The notes beneath the pieces were generated by a model. That model saw nothing but the letters and a program-made list of their open reading frames with translations, had not been told where the DNA came from and did no database searches. Shown piece after piece: positions 27,770 to 41,219 of a stretch of 64,000 bases of DNA (the first letter of the stretch is position 1; every line of letters starts with the position of its first letter). Where the stretch lies: NCBI GenBank assembly GCA_951406725.2, contig OX597818.1, positions 93,620,001 to 93,684,000 on the forward strand. Reading direction: 5' to 3'. The translations under genes were made by a program, and so were the position numbers. The stretch comes from Octopus vulgaris (taxonomy: Eukaryota).

Positions 27770-27997
27770 GTAAGTTTTAACTCTTTCAAATTTAATTATC
27801 CCAGCTAATACACCTTAGAATCATTTTTTTTTTCTTTTGACAAAAAATTATTGATGTTAATTATAATGCAATGTATGTTCTAACTAATCTGTGCATGAAA
27901 ACATAATAAGCATCATGAAGTGAGAAAGAGTGAATGACTCATATAAATCTTCCTTAAGATGACTTGAATTCAAAATATCAGTCATTGATTAGAAGCT

Positions 27998-28808
27998 CTA
28001 TACAGCGCTGACATTGGTGGTATCAACAATGGAGGTCAGTAGTCTTCTCTGACAAGAGCGAGTACTGTATTTCCACCTCGGATGGCAGAGTGAGCATGTG
28101 GTGTAGGAGAGGGTGTATGCTACAGAGCCACATGTGTCATGGAGAGAGACGTGTGGGGTGGCCAAAGCATCATGACTTGGGGTGCTATTGGCCTGAATCA
28201 GAGAATTGGGCCCATGTGTTCCAAAATGTTGGTACAAACAGAGGGAATGACATCACAGTGTAGTGCTACATTGACTAGATCCTAAGACCTCTCATCATGC
28301 CCTTCTTCGTGTGTCACCATAGCCACATGTTCCAGCAGGACAATGCTCCCTCCCACATGGCCAGGGTCACCATGGGCTTCCTGCACTAACACAACATCAG
28401 AACCAAGCCATGGCCAGCTCTCAGCCCAGATTTGAACCCAATTGAATACCAGTGCGATGAAACCCAGAGACGGCTGAACCAGGTGGTCCCAAGGATGACA
28501 ACTCATGTAGGACTGGAGGCAGCTTTCCTCAGGGTGTAGGCACAAGTGCCATTGGCTTTTGTGAACTGCCTCATGCACTCCATGTAACACCCAGTGAGGG
28601 CATACATGGTATTGAACATGTTATGCCCTACAATCTCGATGTGCTGGATCCACCCACTACCAGATTGCATGGCAGTGACCCATAGATTGTGGTCATAGTG
28701 CATCCAAGAAATTGACTTCATCAGATTTATCAAAATTTATCGCTGATATAATGAAATTAAAACATATTTCAGTCACACACATCTCACATTTCTTTCGCAG
28801 TTCAGTGT
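27998..28808 (+). mobile_element. Decayed Tc1 transposon fragment
   Basis: SIMTWGAIG, FQQDNAPSH and WPALSPDLNPIE remnants across frames. Confidence 0.8.
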
Positions 28809-29439
28809 ATATCTTTTTTTTTTATTATTATATTTAAAACATATTTTAAATTATATTTATAACATTTATATTTTATATCATATTATTTATAATATTAATA
28901 ATATTATATTATTTATAATATTATTTTATATTATATTATTTATAACATTTATATTTTATATTGATTTATATTTTAAATTATATTTAAAATATTTGATTCT
29001 TTACCTAGTGTAAAAAAGTCCACCTAGGTAGTATTGGTTATGCAGTCTTAGGAAAAAACATATCTGAAGACTATAGTCCTAGTTATAAACTTGTTACCTC
29101 TTCTATCTTGAAAGTTGTTAGACTCTACCATATGTATATTTACATAGACATGGTAGTCTAACTCCTCTGTGGTAGTTTCTCTGAACCCCATTGCTAATAT
29201 ATATAATTAGCAAGGAAATTAGCTGGCAGAATTGTTAGTAAGTTGTGCAAACTTTTGAGTGGTATATTCTCTGTCTTTATGTTCTGAGTTCAATTTCCAC
29301 CAAGGTCAACTTCGCCTTTCATTTTTTTTTTTTTTTTTTTGGAGTTGATAAAATAATTACCAGTTGAGTACTAGCACTCCATCAGTTATGATGATGAGGG
29401 TTCCAGTTAAGCTGATTAACAGAACAGCCTGCTCATGAA

Positions 29440-30275
29440 ATTGTACCACCATGCATTTTGGGAGGAAAAACCCAGCGTCTACTTACTCCCTCCACAACAC
29501 TAATCTCAAAAAGTCTTCGTGTGAACATGACCTGGGCGTTATTGTCGACTGCGATTTGCATTGGACAAAACACATCGCTAAAATTGCCAAGAAGGTTGAG
29601 GGTGTCTTGGCATCACTCACCAAGTCCTTTGTGAGCCGCTCTCTGGCTATCTATCTGCGGCTTTATATAGCTATTGTGCAGCCTCACCTTGAATTTGCAT
29701 CACCGGTCTGGAACCCCTATCTTGCCCATGATATAAATCATCTGGAAGCTGTTCAGTGACATTCAACCAAGAGAATACCTTCCATCAGGCATCTGCCATA
29801 TTCTGAACGCCTTACTTCCCTGGGCATGGACACATTGAAACTCCGACATCTGGCAGCTGACTTGGCAGACACCCATAAAATTATTAACCATCTTACAAAC
29901 AATAACTCTGAGCACCTTTTCAAACTCCACCTATCTAACACCCGTGGACATGTTTACAAAGTCAGAAAACAGTGCAGCTCCCATGACTTTCGGAAACATT
30001 TTTTCACACTAAGAGTTGCTGAAGCATGGAACAGACTGCCGGCATCAGTTGTTAGTTGTCGGAGCACTGCATCCTTCAAAACTTCCATGCTTTCTGAGAT
30101 TCGCCAACACTACACCTGATTTTCTCCCCTCCATACACACGCAAGCATGTATCTGACTCATACACTGTTTGCTTTTCAGACATTTGTACATCACTGCATA
30201 TGCTTTATATGCACTTTTGACAAGTTGTGGTGCACCTGAGCACTGTATACAATAATTTCATTATTACTATTTATT
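29440..30275 (+). mobile_element. CR1-clade LINE 3' fragment
   Basis: EHDLGVIVD...PHLEFASPVWNPY...LEAVQ...FFTLRVAEAWNRLP, then a 3' UTR and (ATT)n tail. Related copies at 45255 and 55272. Confidence 0.9.
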
Positions 30276-30492
30276 TTAAGTGGCTGAGCACTCCGCAGAT
30301 ACATATACTCTTAACATAGTCCTCGGAGAGATTTGGCATGACAGAATGTGTCTAGGCTGGCCCTTTGAATTACTGGTACAACTCATTTTTGCTAGCTGAG
30401 TGAACTGGAGCAAAATGAAATAAAATGTTTTGCTCAAGGACAAAACACATTGCTGGGAATTGAATTGATGACCTTATGATCATGAACCAAGT

Positions 30493-30843
30493 CATCATCA
30501 CCATTGTTCGACTGTGGTCGAGACAATGGAATTTACCATGCTACGCCAGACTTCATGGTCCATCATAGCATTACAGAGGGCCTGTTGCTGGATGCCTGTA
30601 TCCCTGGAGATTACATCAGGGTAGGAGAGTGTGCACCCTCTGGTATTGCGAGTAGATGGCTTCCAGAGAAGAGTAGAAATTGCCTCGTTTTCAGCTCTAC
30701 AACAATGTCCAGCAAACTGGACTCTCCTACCTTTCACAAGAGATGACACAGGTGGTAGTTTCCTATATATTTGCACTTTGGTTGGATGATGCTTCCACGA
30801 GAGATTTTGAGCTCTCATAAAAAGGCGAGTGTAGGTTCAATCC
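30493..30843 (-). mobile_element. RTE-like LINE 3' fragment (second family)
   Basis: RRVQFAGHCCR...LLWKP...AMMDHEVWR with a (TGA)n tail. AACCAAGT duplicated at both ends. Confidence 0.75.
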
Positions 30844-31730
30844 AACCAAGTACCCTAACCACTAAGCCACACACCTTCATACCATTTGAGCAGTGGGGGC
30901 AATGTAATCAACTTCCCTGCTCCCCCAAAATTGCTGGCCTTCTATCAAAATTTGAAACCAATATTTATAATTAGCATTACTAAATTCCTCCTATTTCTAT
31001 GTGTACTAACATCTCTAAGTCTTGCCAGCTGAGATGAATATGTTTTGCTAAAGAGATCTTACAAGAATGAAACATGCCTGTTACTTTTACCAGTTGGTTT
31101 TAAAGGCAAAATCCATTCCTTACGGCATTATCTTTATTTTCCTAAAAATTTGGATTAGCTGATAATATTGAAATTATCTCCTTTGCTTGTTGCTGTTAAA
31201 CACTCCTTCAACCATGGGAGTTTATTTTTTCGTCTAGTTGCAAAGACAATCTCACTTAATTGAAGCTTTTCAGCTACTTTATTACATATATAAAACTCCA
31301 TGATATGTCTTCTATCTTTTATTTGTCTTAAAGTGTTTAGCTGAACAAATCCACACCAGTACATATTTCTAAGCCTGGTACTTATTCAATTGGTTTCTTT
31401 TACTGAACTGCAAAGTTACAGGAACAAAAGCAAACCAACACTTGTTGTCAAGCAGGGAACAAATATCACATAAAAACACTATATGCACACAGGTTTCATT
31501 AGAATTTTCACCACATTTCCAAACAAAGAACTGCATGCGTGCATGCATCAGCTCACAGTCTCCCACTTCATAGCTATCTGTCACATGCGCTAGTGTGGAT
31601 ATGTCCCCTGTCTCCCGCTAGATTATCCTACAGTGGAATTGAACTTGAAATGCTGTGGTTATGAAGTGAGCTCTTTCACCACAGAGTCACACCTGTATCT
31701 CTAAGTAAGATATTTTGTTTGTATTTTCAG

Positions 31731-31869
31731 AAAAGTTACAGCTGTCATACCAAATTGACAGTTCCAATACAACTGGTAACTACTGGCAACACAGTTTCAT
31801 TTCGTCTCATTCGACCGTCAACTGGAAGTGCTAGATATGACATCAGAATTATAGCACAGACTATTAATG
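31731..31869 (+). CDS. Membrane protein coding exon 3 (CUB-like domain, second part)
   Basis: TTTCAG acceptor and GTACGT donor; phase 0 in, phase 1 out. KSYSCH...TTGNTVSFRL...YDIRIIA. Confidence 0.85.
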
Positions 31870-32829
31870 GTACGTTGATATTTCATGTCATTGTAGTTGC
31901 TGTTTTTGCTGTTTAACCCAAGGTTAGCCCTGACTTAGTAGACCTATTATCAAAGGTATTCCAGTCATGACCATCTCATCTTAAGTTTCAGATATAGTAT
32001 ATCATTCAATGTTTTTTTTTACCTTTTCCAAGATGATAAACTGTAAATTGAGTGAGGTTTGGTTGATATTTCTAGCAGGTTGATTGACTATTAGGGGCTA
32101 CTTCACATTGTTGTTGATGTTGGTATTGTTTGTGGTAGTAGTGGTGTTTGTAGTGTTAGTGTTGGTGGTGGTGATGTTTGACATGTTGGTGTTGTGTTAG
32201 AGTTGTTAGTGCTCAATGGTTTTTGTGTGTTCTGCAGGTCAGACTTGATCTAGCAGACTTATCCATTTAAAATATTCCAGTCATCATCGCCTTTATTCAG
32301 ATTCAGTTTATTCCAGATCTACAGTAGACAATGTAGCCTTTCTTATTGTTGTTCTTATTACTGTGCAGTCCAGGTTGGTGATGATTTAACAAACCTAAAA
32401 TCTCATCGGACCATCCCACTTTTATTCAGCATGAACATACCCAGGACTCATTCAATGTCTTTCTTGGTTCCTATTTTCTTTATACCAGATCATCTCTGAT
32501 CTAATTGACCAATAATCAAAGCTGTTCCTGTCAAGATCATCTCATAGTTTATCTTAGTCAATATTATCCAATAGGTTCTTTTGAAGACAGTAGCATGTGA
32601 TTTGAGGCAGATTTTGCTGTTATTTGATACAAGTCAAGTCAAACAATTTGCCCATAAAGCAGCATGGCCTTGAGGTTTCTATTTCACTATGTTTAGACTA
32701 TATCTTTATTATCTGTGATCTTTACTTTTAAATCTGCCGTGATAGATTCAGTGAAACTATAAATATTGTTTGAGTTTAAAAATGGGTACGTGAGCTCCTA
32801 GCTTTTCAAATAGGTGGTATTGTACTGAC

Positions 32830-33044
32830 AGAACCGTTAGCACGCCGGGCGAAATGTGTAGCCGTATTTCATCTGCAGTTACATTCTGAGTTCAAATTCT
32901 GCCGAGATCGACTTTGCCTTTCATCCTTTCGGGGTCAATTAAATAAGTACCAGTTACGCACTGGGGTCAATATAATCAACTTAATCTGTTTGTCTGTCCT
33001 TGTTTGTTCCCTGTGTTTAGCCCCTTGTGGGTAGTAAAGAAATA
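32830..33044 (+). mobile_element. SINE family B (Deu/Nin-like central domain) with a 14-bp TSD
   Basis: GAGTTCAAATTC B-box and GACTTTGCCTTTCATCCTTTCGGGGTC core. TSD GGTATTGTACTGAC. Relatives at ~29220, 48520, 51170 and 51415. Confidence 0.8.
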
Positions 33045-33256
33045 GGTATTGTACTGACTGAAGTAATCCATTAGGATGGGTATTATTACTTGGGAATGAT
33101 GTAACTGAATCTTGAAGTATGTTATAACTACAACAATTGGGCTATGAATTGCTGGGTGATTGGATTGATGCTTTAGCTTGACATTTTTTAAATAGAAAAA
33201 TCAGAAGTGTTTGTTTGGTATCCTGTATCTTGTACAGTTGGTTCCACTTTACTTAA

Positions 33257-34306
33257 TCCTTTCGTTACTATATTTCTGACCAAAATACACCCCTCATGAG
33301 TTTCAATTAAATTCTAAAATAATCATGAATCTAGGCTTGTTTCATTAAATAACTGTAACTTTTTTACTTATCAACATATTAATGTGATATTTGGAACATA
33401 ATTAAAGAAAGGGTTCTTAATCAATTCTATTGCATAACTTTTGTCTCAAAGTGACTTTAATTACAGGTAAATCCAGGTAAATTGAGAAAAAGGTAAAAAT
33501 ATTAAAATTTTGTTTAAACATCACCATAGAAAATGAATAATCAGCTAATATTCAAATGGGTATGCAACAAAATTTTGATAAAGAAGAATTGTGCACATCA
33601 CTATATCATCAGTTGAGTTTAATGCACAACGGGTGTACCATAAAGGTGGAATAAACTGAAATATTGGAATCCACCGTAAGTTTGACCCAACTAAAGAAAT
33701 CGGTCAAAAAATAATATACGGCCCTGGTTATGGTATGGAAGTGATAAATTCCAGACCACATTGTTCCCTAGGCCATGCTGACTAACATTATTTTCCCTGT
33801 ATAAAAACTAAATCCACAAATTTTCCGAAATTTGAACCTCCATTTTGTGTTTGTTTACAATCTGCGTAAGTTTGTTTCCGCATTGATCGCTTTAAACAAT
33901 AACTTCCAGACCACATCATACCCTAAGCCATGCTGACTAACATTAGTTTCCCTGTATAAAAACTAAATCCACAACAGTACCCAGTATTTGTTTCACAAAT
34001 TTTCCAATTCGGAATCAATGCTTGATAACATGAAACTCCTATCTATTTTCAAAGTTGAAGAAAAATCGATGCCGAAAAAATGTGGAAAAAAATCTCCCAA
34101 AATTCAGGGAATTAAAATTACACGTCGATTTTTGTACAAAACTGTAGATGAACTGTTTACGAAGCATAATCACGTGTTTTCATGAATGTACTAAAGAGAT
34201 TTGCTCTGATATTCTCATTTAAATATGAATAGGTAAATTCGGGCAGTTTGGTCACATTAACCAAAATTTTTTTCAGGCGGCTTTGGGCGGTTTGGTAACG
34301 AAAGGG
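33257..34306. mobile_element. Non-autonomous piggyBac-type element
   Basis: TTAA on both sides. TIRs (T/C)CCTTTCGTTAC / GTAACGAAAGGG. Internal ~70-bp direct repeat. Confidence 0.85.
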
Positions 34307-34329
34307 TTAATGTGAAAGTATTAGTGAGC

Positions 34330-34731
34330 TTGGCCTTCAAACGGTTAAATAGTAATATCCATGCTATTAGATAGAGAATAAATCATAAAAGAAAAGGCCG
34401 AATCTCTTAAAGAATATATATACTTTTTTATATCTGTTGAAATACAAATATGTTTTATGAAATTTTGGATAATATTTTTACACCTTTTGTATCTTGCAAA
34501 AATACCTAACTCTGCAAAAGAGAAAAAAACAAAATTTTTCAAATGGTAAACCTCTAAAATTGAAGATAAAAGGATCCATATAATTCTGAAAATTCTGGAA
34601 TAATCAATTTGAACATATATAGCTAAAAAGTATAAATTCTGAAGTATGTCTGCAAGTATCCAACATCTCAGACCTTTTGTTGTGCAAGTCTTGAAATAAA
34701 ATGATAAACTTCTCACTTGCACATAATTTAC
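34330..34731 (-). mobile_element. Penelope-like element 3' fragment (GIY-YIG endonuclease C-terminus)
   Basis: KLCASEKFII...LHNKRSEMLDTCRH resembles the Penelope LC..EK...LNKRSE....CRH terminus. Inverted near-identical copy at 42437-42676. Confidence 0.75.
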
Positions 34732-34946
34732 CAGTTGGCCAAATGCTATTTTGGAAGATATTCAAAATGCCATGTAGTGGTACTGAACCTGAATCCACCT
34801 GGTTGTGGAATGAAACTCTTAACCTCACAGCCAAGCATATGCACGTGCACACACACACACACACTGCACAAGTAAGATTTTTTCTTTAGGAAGATTGCCA
34901 AAGAATGTTGCTTAACAAACCTTTGTTTTTTTTTTCCATGTTTCAG

Positions 34947-35312
34947 ACCCTACGTCTGGAGGTGGTGGAGGTATTGACCATGGTGTATTGGACCCTGACA
35001 AAAGTTATCTCCGAAAGTTTTCAACTGACACCATCATAATCCTAATATCTGTTGCTTATCTCGTAGCCATTTTAATATGTATTATTATTTTAATTGTACG
35101 CTGCGTGAGATCTTCAAGGGAAGAGAAGAAATATTCAGAACGGCCTCTAGCCTACAATAATTATGGTTTAACGCCTGCCACTTCAGTGAATTCATCAGTT
35201 ATGAGTGTATATGCCACTAAACCATCCTCAGATATTAAATCTATTGGTAGAAACAAGTCATTCAGGTCAAGAATGGCCAATTCCACTGAGGACACTGACA
35301 GCGTTTTTGAAG
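34947..35312 (+). CDS. Membrane protein coding exon 4 (Gly linker, TM helix, juxtamembrane tail)
   Basis: AG/GT boundaries, phase 1/1. IIILISVAYLVAILICIIILIV is followed by basic RCVRSSR. Confidence 0.9.
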
Positions 35313-35698
35313 GTAATTCCTTTTTTTTGTGTGTGTGTGTGTGTCTTTCTTTTAAATGCTTTCTTGTAAATTTATTACTGATGTAACGGTAATGGAATTA
35401 TTTTTAAGTGGACAGGTTGCAGTTGTCAGGCAAAAGCTTGATGAATTTTTTTTTCACAAGATGGAATATGTCAGAGTTGTGTGAAGGAACAACTGAAGCT
35501 GAGAATGAAGAAAAAAGAAGATTCTCAGAAAACTGTAGTGAAATAATCATTGACTGGTTGGCGTGGTTACAACTACTGATCTGACGTGTTGAGTGCATGG
35601 ATATGTAATAACATAGAAATGAGATTGGATTGTTGAAGTTATTGAATTTTGTAACTGAATGAGTGGTATAAGTTCCTGCAACAAGTTGATTTTAGTTA

Positions 35699-36984
35699 TG
35701 AGGTGGTATCAGAAATTTCTTGGACTAGTTATGTTTAATAAAAAACAACTTATTTACTTAAATTTTAACATCATCTCCTTTGAAATAGTTACCTCATGCA
35801 GCAGTACACCAGTCCTAATGTTCCTGCCATTTTTGGAATCTGGCCTGGAAATGTTGTTTTCCATAAACAAATTGAGGACCTTTGCAGTTCACTTTTGATC
35901 TCAACAATGATGTTAAAACGGTGACCTTTGAGCTGCATTTCCATCTTGAAGAAGAGATGGAAGTCTACAAGTGGTAAATCTGACAAATAGGGTGGGTGTG
36001 AAAGCGACACCATGTTGTTTTTGGCAAGAAACTCACGAGTGAGAAGAACTTAGTGGCAGGGCGGGCACATTGTCGCCATGAAGAATCCAATTCTTTGCGC
36101 TCCACAGATCTGGTTGCTTTTACTAAATATCCTCCCTCAAATACTTCAAAAGATCATAGTTTGATTGTAAGTCTGACCCTGGGGGATGAATTCTCAATGC
36201 ATAATACTACGGATGTCCAAAAAAAAAAAGTGATGAGCATGTTCTTGATTGTACTGTGGCTCTGTTGTGCCTTCTTCAGTCATGGAGATAATGGGTTCTT
36301 CCATTGTGATGACTGCTGCTTTGTCTCAGGGTTGTACTTGTAGAACCAACTCTCATCACCAGTGATGAGCCACGACATGAAAGATGGGCCATCAGTGGCA
36401 CACTGATGGAAATCTTGACAGACTTCAATGTGATGTTCTTTCTGTTCAATGATCATCAGACAAGGGACAGACTTGGCAGAGACACACTGCATGTTTGATT
36501 TAGATGTTAGGATTGCCTGCACAGACCCATACAACAGACCGACAACATCATTGTCGTTGATTGTCCTCCAACTATACTCATGCACAAGCTGATGAATTTT
36601 CTCCAGATTTATGGCAGGTCTCCCAGATCATTCATTGTTTTTCTGGGACCTTCTGTTTTTGAAGCACCTGTGCAACATTGCGTTCAACCCATTGCCATAA
36701 GCTTGCCAAAGCATGTTCAATGTCTCTGTAGCAGACTTCCCAAGTGTAACTCAAAATTTCATGTTAGCTCTTTGTTCCAACTTCCTGTCCATGACAAAAT
36801 CAGACTACAGCATTCATGTGATCACAAAATCACAAATTTCACAAGTTGTGAAGTAAACACAGCAATGTCACTCAGCACACAGCCTCATTATGGTTACTAC
36901 TACTTCTCACTGTACATACAACTGTGTGCTGCCATCTGTTGACATGCTACCGAAGTAGTTCGGGAACTTTTTCATACCACCTCG
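35699..36984 (-). mobile_element. Full-length decayed mariner element
   Basis: TIRs GAGGTGGTAT.../...ATACCACCTC with TA flanks. ITGDESWFYKYNPETKQQSSQW and HPPYLSDL motifs. Confidence 0.9.
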
Positions 36985-37029
36985 TATGTTATGACCACCA
37001 GTCAGTTACCTGACAATTTATCTATATAT

Positions 37030-37204
37030 AGGCATAGGAGTGGCTGTGTGGTAAGTAGCTTGCTTACCAACCACATGGCTCTGGGTTCAGTCCTACTGCA
37101 TGGCACCTTGGGCAAGTGTCTTCTACTATAGCCTCGGGCCAACCAAAGCCTTGTGAGTGGATTTGGTAGCTGGAAACTGAAAGAAGCCCATCATATATAT
37201 GTAT

Positions 37205-37247
<43 letters not shown>

Positions 37248-37450
37248 ATGTTTGTGTGCCTGTGTTTGTCCCCCCAACATCGCTTGACACCCGATGCTGG
37301 TGTGTTTATGTCCCCATAACTTAGTGGTTTGGCAAAAGGGACCAATAGAATAAGTACTAGGCTTACAAAGAATAAGTCCTGGGGTCAATTTGCTCGACTA
37401 AAGGCAGTGCTCCCGCATGGCCACAGTCAAATGATTGAAACAAGCAAAAG
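37030..37450 (+). mobile_element. SINE family A copy
   Basis: Matches 551-1010. Confidence 0.8.
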
Positions 37451-37860
37451 TGTAGAGTAAAGAGTATATACCAAATAGTTTTTGAAAGAAAAGGTGCCAA
37501 AGACAAAATTATTAATGACATTCCAATAGGTTGTTTCTCCATTTGCTAGGTCTATTGTGTTTTCATTAATCAGCCTGATAAAAACAAATTCTTAATGTAT
37601 TCACCTGAGTCTTGAATGGCTAGCTGCTTGCTGATGTCATCAATTCCTGACAAGATCTTCTTCAAGTATTTACACTTTTATGTCTGAACACTGTAATTTT
37701 GGGTTCAATTCCTGGGCAGTGAGTTAGTGTTTGTGACTCTACCACTATTCCTGCTACAGGTGACAAAAAGGAAAAGAAATATATTCTATAATATTAGGTA
37801 AAAGATGGACATTAACTGGTAGCATCAATGGTACTTTTTGTGATGGAAGGGTCAGTACTG

Positions 37861-38275
37861 GGATCTTTTTGGTTTGAACGGCAGTTTTTAACATAATTTC
37901 TCAGTAACTAAAAAATTTTAAACTTCGTATACTGGTAGAATGTGTTTATAAAACATCTTTTTCTCTTGGCTTTATTGAGAAAATTCTATAGTTTATAAAT
38001 TATTTGTTGTTTTTTTTCTTCAATTTCTGCAATTTCAACCAATCAGTGACGTCTATTGAGTTAAAAAGCATTCTGTGCTGTATGAATATGTCCCTCGTTT
38101 AAGAAACAGATTGGGTTATTTACATTTGTGAAGAAAAAAAGATACCCTGCCCCCACCCCTAACCCTAACCCTAAAAGAGATTGAAATGCAATAGATCGAT
38201 TCTAGGGTCATAATTATGGGTGACAATTTCAAATGACGGCTTTAGAAAAAACTGCCATTCAAACTGAAAAGATCC
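37861..38275. mobile_element. MITE with an 8-bp TSD and internal (CCCTAA)3
   Basis: TIRs GGATCTTTT..GTTTGAA.GGCAGTTTT / AAAACTGCC.TTCAAAC..AAAAGATCC. CAGTACTG on both sides. Confidence 0.85.
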
Positions 38276-39362
38276 CAGTACTGTTTTGGTTCAGTACTGT
38301 TTGGGTTCAGTACTGTTTGAGCATGTCGATACCAATGTGATCTCCAATGAACATTTGATGAAGTGGGAGCACCATGGGTGAATTGATCTAGATGTTTGCT
38401 ACAAAATGAATTCCACAAAAAGCTCCCATGACTATGTCACGGTGTTAACAGCAATGTTAGGCATACCACCTATCTATACTGAGTTAGGTATAAAGAAGAC
38501 TAGCAAGGCCCAGATCACAGTAATGTTTGTTGTAATGATCTAATGGTGACATCTCCATTAAAGACAAAAGCATTTTATACAGGAGGCACAATGGCCCAGT
38601 GGTTAGGGCAGCGGACTCGCAGTTTCGATTCCCAGACCGGACGTTGTGAGTGTTTCTTGAGTGAAAACACCTAAAGCTCCATGAGGCTTTGGCAGGGGGG
38701 GGTGGCGATCCCTGCTGTACTCAAACGGCGGTGCATCAGCATGGCCGCAGCTCTGAGCTGAAACTTTAAAACAAACAAAAAAAACAGGAGTTATTTTTGC
38801 TTCCTAGGTATCTCAGTAGCACTAAGAGTGATCTGACAACACACACACACACACATTTTGTATATATCATCATTGTCATCACTATTATAACATTTATATT
38901 TTCATACTTATTTGACTTCTTACAGCCAAATGCTCTTTTTCTTGCTAACCCTCATCTGTTTCCAAACAAGGGAATGTTTTCTCCTCGTGTCAGAGTGTTT
39001 TCCCTGGATATTGTGAACTGCTTCACTTGTGAGGCCTTGATGCTTGCTTAGAATTAGCACATAATATTAAAACAATGAGACAGCACATATCCATACATAT
39101 TTTGAGTGGTAGGCTTAACCCATCATTTGGTTTAACGTCATCTCATGGTATGTCAGATGTTTTTAGTGGAATATTTAATATAGTTATAGTGTGTATGTAT
39201 TTATATTTGTATATGTAGTAAATAAGAAGTATACACTGTAGAATCTCTGATTATATATAATTATATCTGTATTTAACAACATATAATACTGTTGTTGAGA
39301 ACAATTGTGTCTGTGAGCAGATTGTAATGTATTTCTTTATTTTTTTTAATTTTTTGTTGAAG

Positions 39363-40282
39363 CAATGCAATCAAACATGAAGGCACAGCTAAATGCACCC
39401 TCTTCTTACTCAAGTTCTTACAATAACCCATCCTACCAACGGACACCTCCTACTAAAAGAATGTCTGGTCGAAGAACTGCCTTCCAGAATGAAGCATCTG
39501 CTGCTGTCCGTACATCAAGAGGTCACAGAAGAAACCATGAGACTGCTGTCAAAGAAGTAAACAAACCCGTTGAGTCTGTGAAATCATCTGTATCACAACA
39601 AATACAGACAGATTTATATGATGACGACGATGGTGGTGAGGTGACAAGTGAAGTTGAGTTGGCTTCAACTGGGATGAACACTGACCCAGAAATGACTGAT
39701 CATGGTATTCAATGTGAGGTTGAAACTAGTGATGATATCATCAATTCAGATGAAGTTAATGCGATTTCTAAGCAGGCATTTGAATACCTGAAGCAGCACA
39801 AACATTTACAAAGCCCTTCATTGTCACATCCTCATGGCACAGTGAGTGATGATGAGATGGGGCAGAAGTATGAACATAATCGATACTACTATCCTGCACA
39901 GCAGGGTCTGCATGGCTCCCCAGCCATGCATCGCTTTGCTCATCCCATGGAGCAATATGGCTCTCCTGAACCACACACTCTTCATTTTGATCCTGCTTTA
40001 AGACAGACGAATATTACTCCACCCAGTTACATGTTAAGGGCCAATGGTTATGGACCACAAAGAGGTCCTAAGCCACCAGTTCTGACTGACTTGGAGGACC
40101 GATACATACCAGTCTATTCTTATTTAGTAAACCGAGGCTACAAAATTCCTGAATCTGACAAAAATGCTTCTGGAAGCTCAGCAACAGGAACAAGCCATCA
40201 TTCAGATTTGAGAATGGTTCAGACAGATGATTCCGATTTCTCTGCAAATTTGGATAGTGGTGTTGAACTGATGAAAAGATGA
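39363..40282 (+). CDS. Membrane protein terminal coding exon (cytoplasmic tail)
   Basis: Poly-T tract and AG at 39361-39362, phase 1 matching exon 4. 305-codon open frame; spliced CDS of 1803 nt = 600 aa. Confidence 0.9.
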
Positions 40283-40930
40283 AATATAGATATGAACAAT
40301 AACAAAAATGAGAAGTTGTAAAATCACTTTATGGACAGCTAAATACACACACGCACACACTCACATTCATATATATATTCGAACTTTTGTATATATTATC
40401 CAATCATGCACAGGTGCCTTTATTTTATTTGCATACATATCTTTGGACTAGTATTGAACTATCAAATTTCTGTTGTAACATCCACATTCTTATAATCTTG
40501 AAGTATATATATATATATATATATATATAATGTAAGATTTTTAATGCTGAGGCTTCCTACCACCATCACTTAGTTTACTCTGTGAAATCATATTTTATAT
40601 ATTGAGTGCCCTTTTCTCCCTTTTTGTTAATTTACTTGTGTGTGTATGTGTATAAATGTATATGTGTATGTATATATCTGAGTATATATATGCATATATG
40701 TTTGTGTATACATGTGTGTAAGCATGTATGTATGTATATGTGTGTGTGCATATATATATTTATATATAAAAATTAGAAAAAACCGCCTTTTATCAATTCA
40801 AAATGAACAATTAAATTACACCATCTAGAAAATTACATATAATAGAAATATAAAAAATAAAATAACAATAATATACCGATGATTAAGTAAATTGCAAAAT
40901 AATAATAAAAACGTATATATTTGGTAGAAT

Positions 40931-41010
40931 AACGACACGTGTTTCGTGGCTATATTTAAGAAATGATTATAGTAAAAAAATTAATAGTAGTAGTAGCCAC
41001 TCATCAGGTT
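40931..41010 (-). ncRNA. Hammerhead ribozyme motif (type I, PLE-associated minimal form) in a remnant spanning ~40768-41135
   Basis: AAC-CTGATGA-GTGGCTA-[AT-rich loop]-TAGCCAC-GAAA-CACGTG-TC/GTT. Intact core, 7-bp stem II, palindromic stem III and GUC triplet. Confidence 0.8.
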
Positions 41011-41219
41011 TAAAAATGAACTACAATAATAGAATAATTAATAAATATACGTAAATAATCTTTTAAAATATAAATATATTCTTTAAAATATATTCCCTGT
41101 AAGTTAGGAATAATATTCCCTCAAATTATTATTATATATATTTATATATATGTATATAATGATAGAGAACATGGAAACTGGTACATCCTCAAAATTTATT
41201 TCCTTTTATCTTACAATAT

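Noticed and set aside
34320-34415. Hammerhead in the Penelope fragment 3' region
   Set aside because: Only a degenerate 5' half (TTAAGA-GATTCGGCC) remains; the GAAA and cleavage site are missing.
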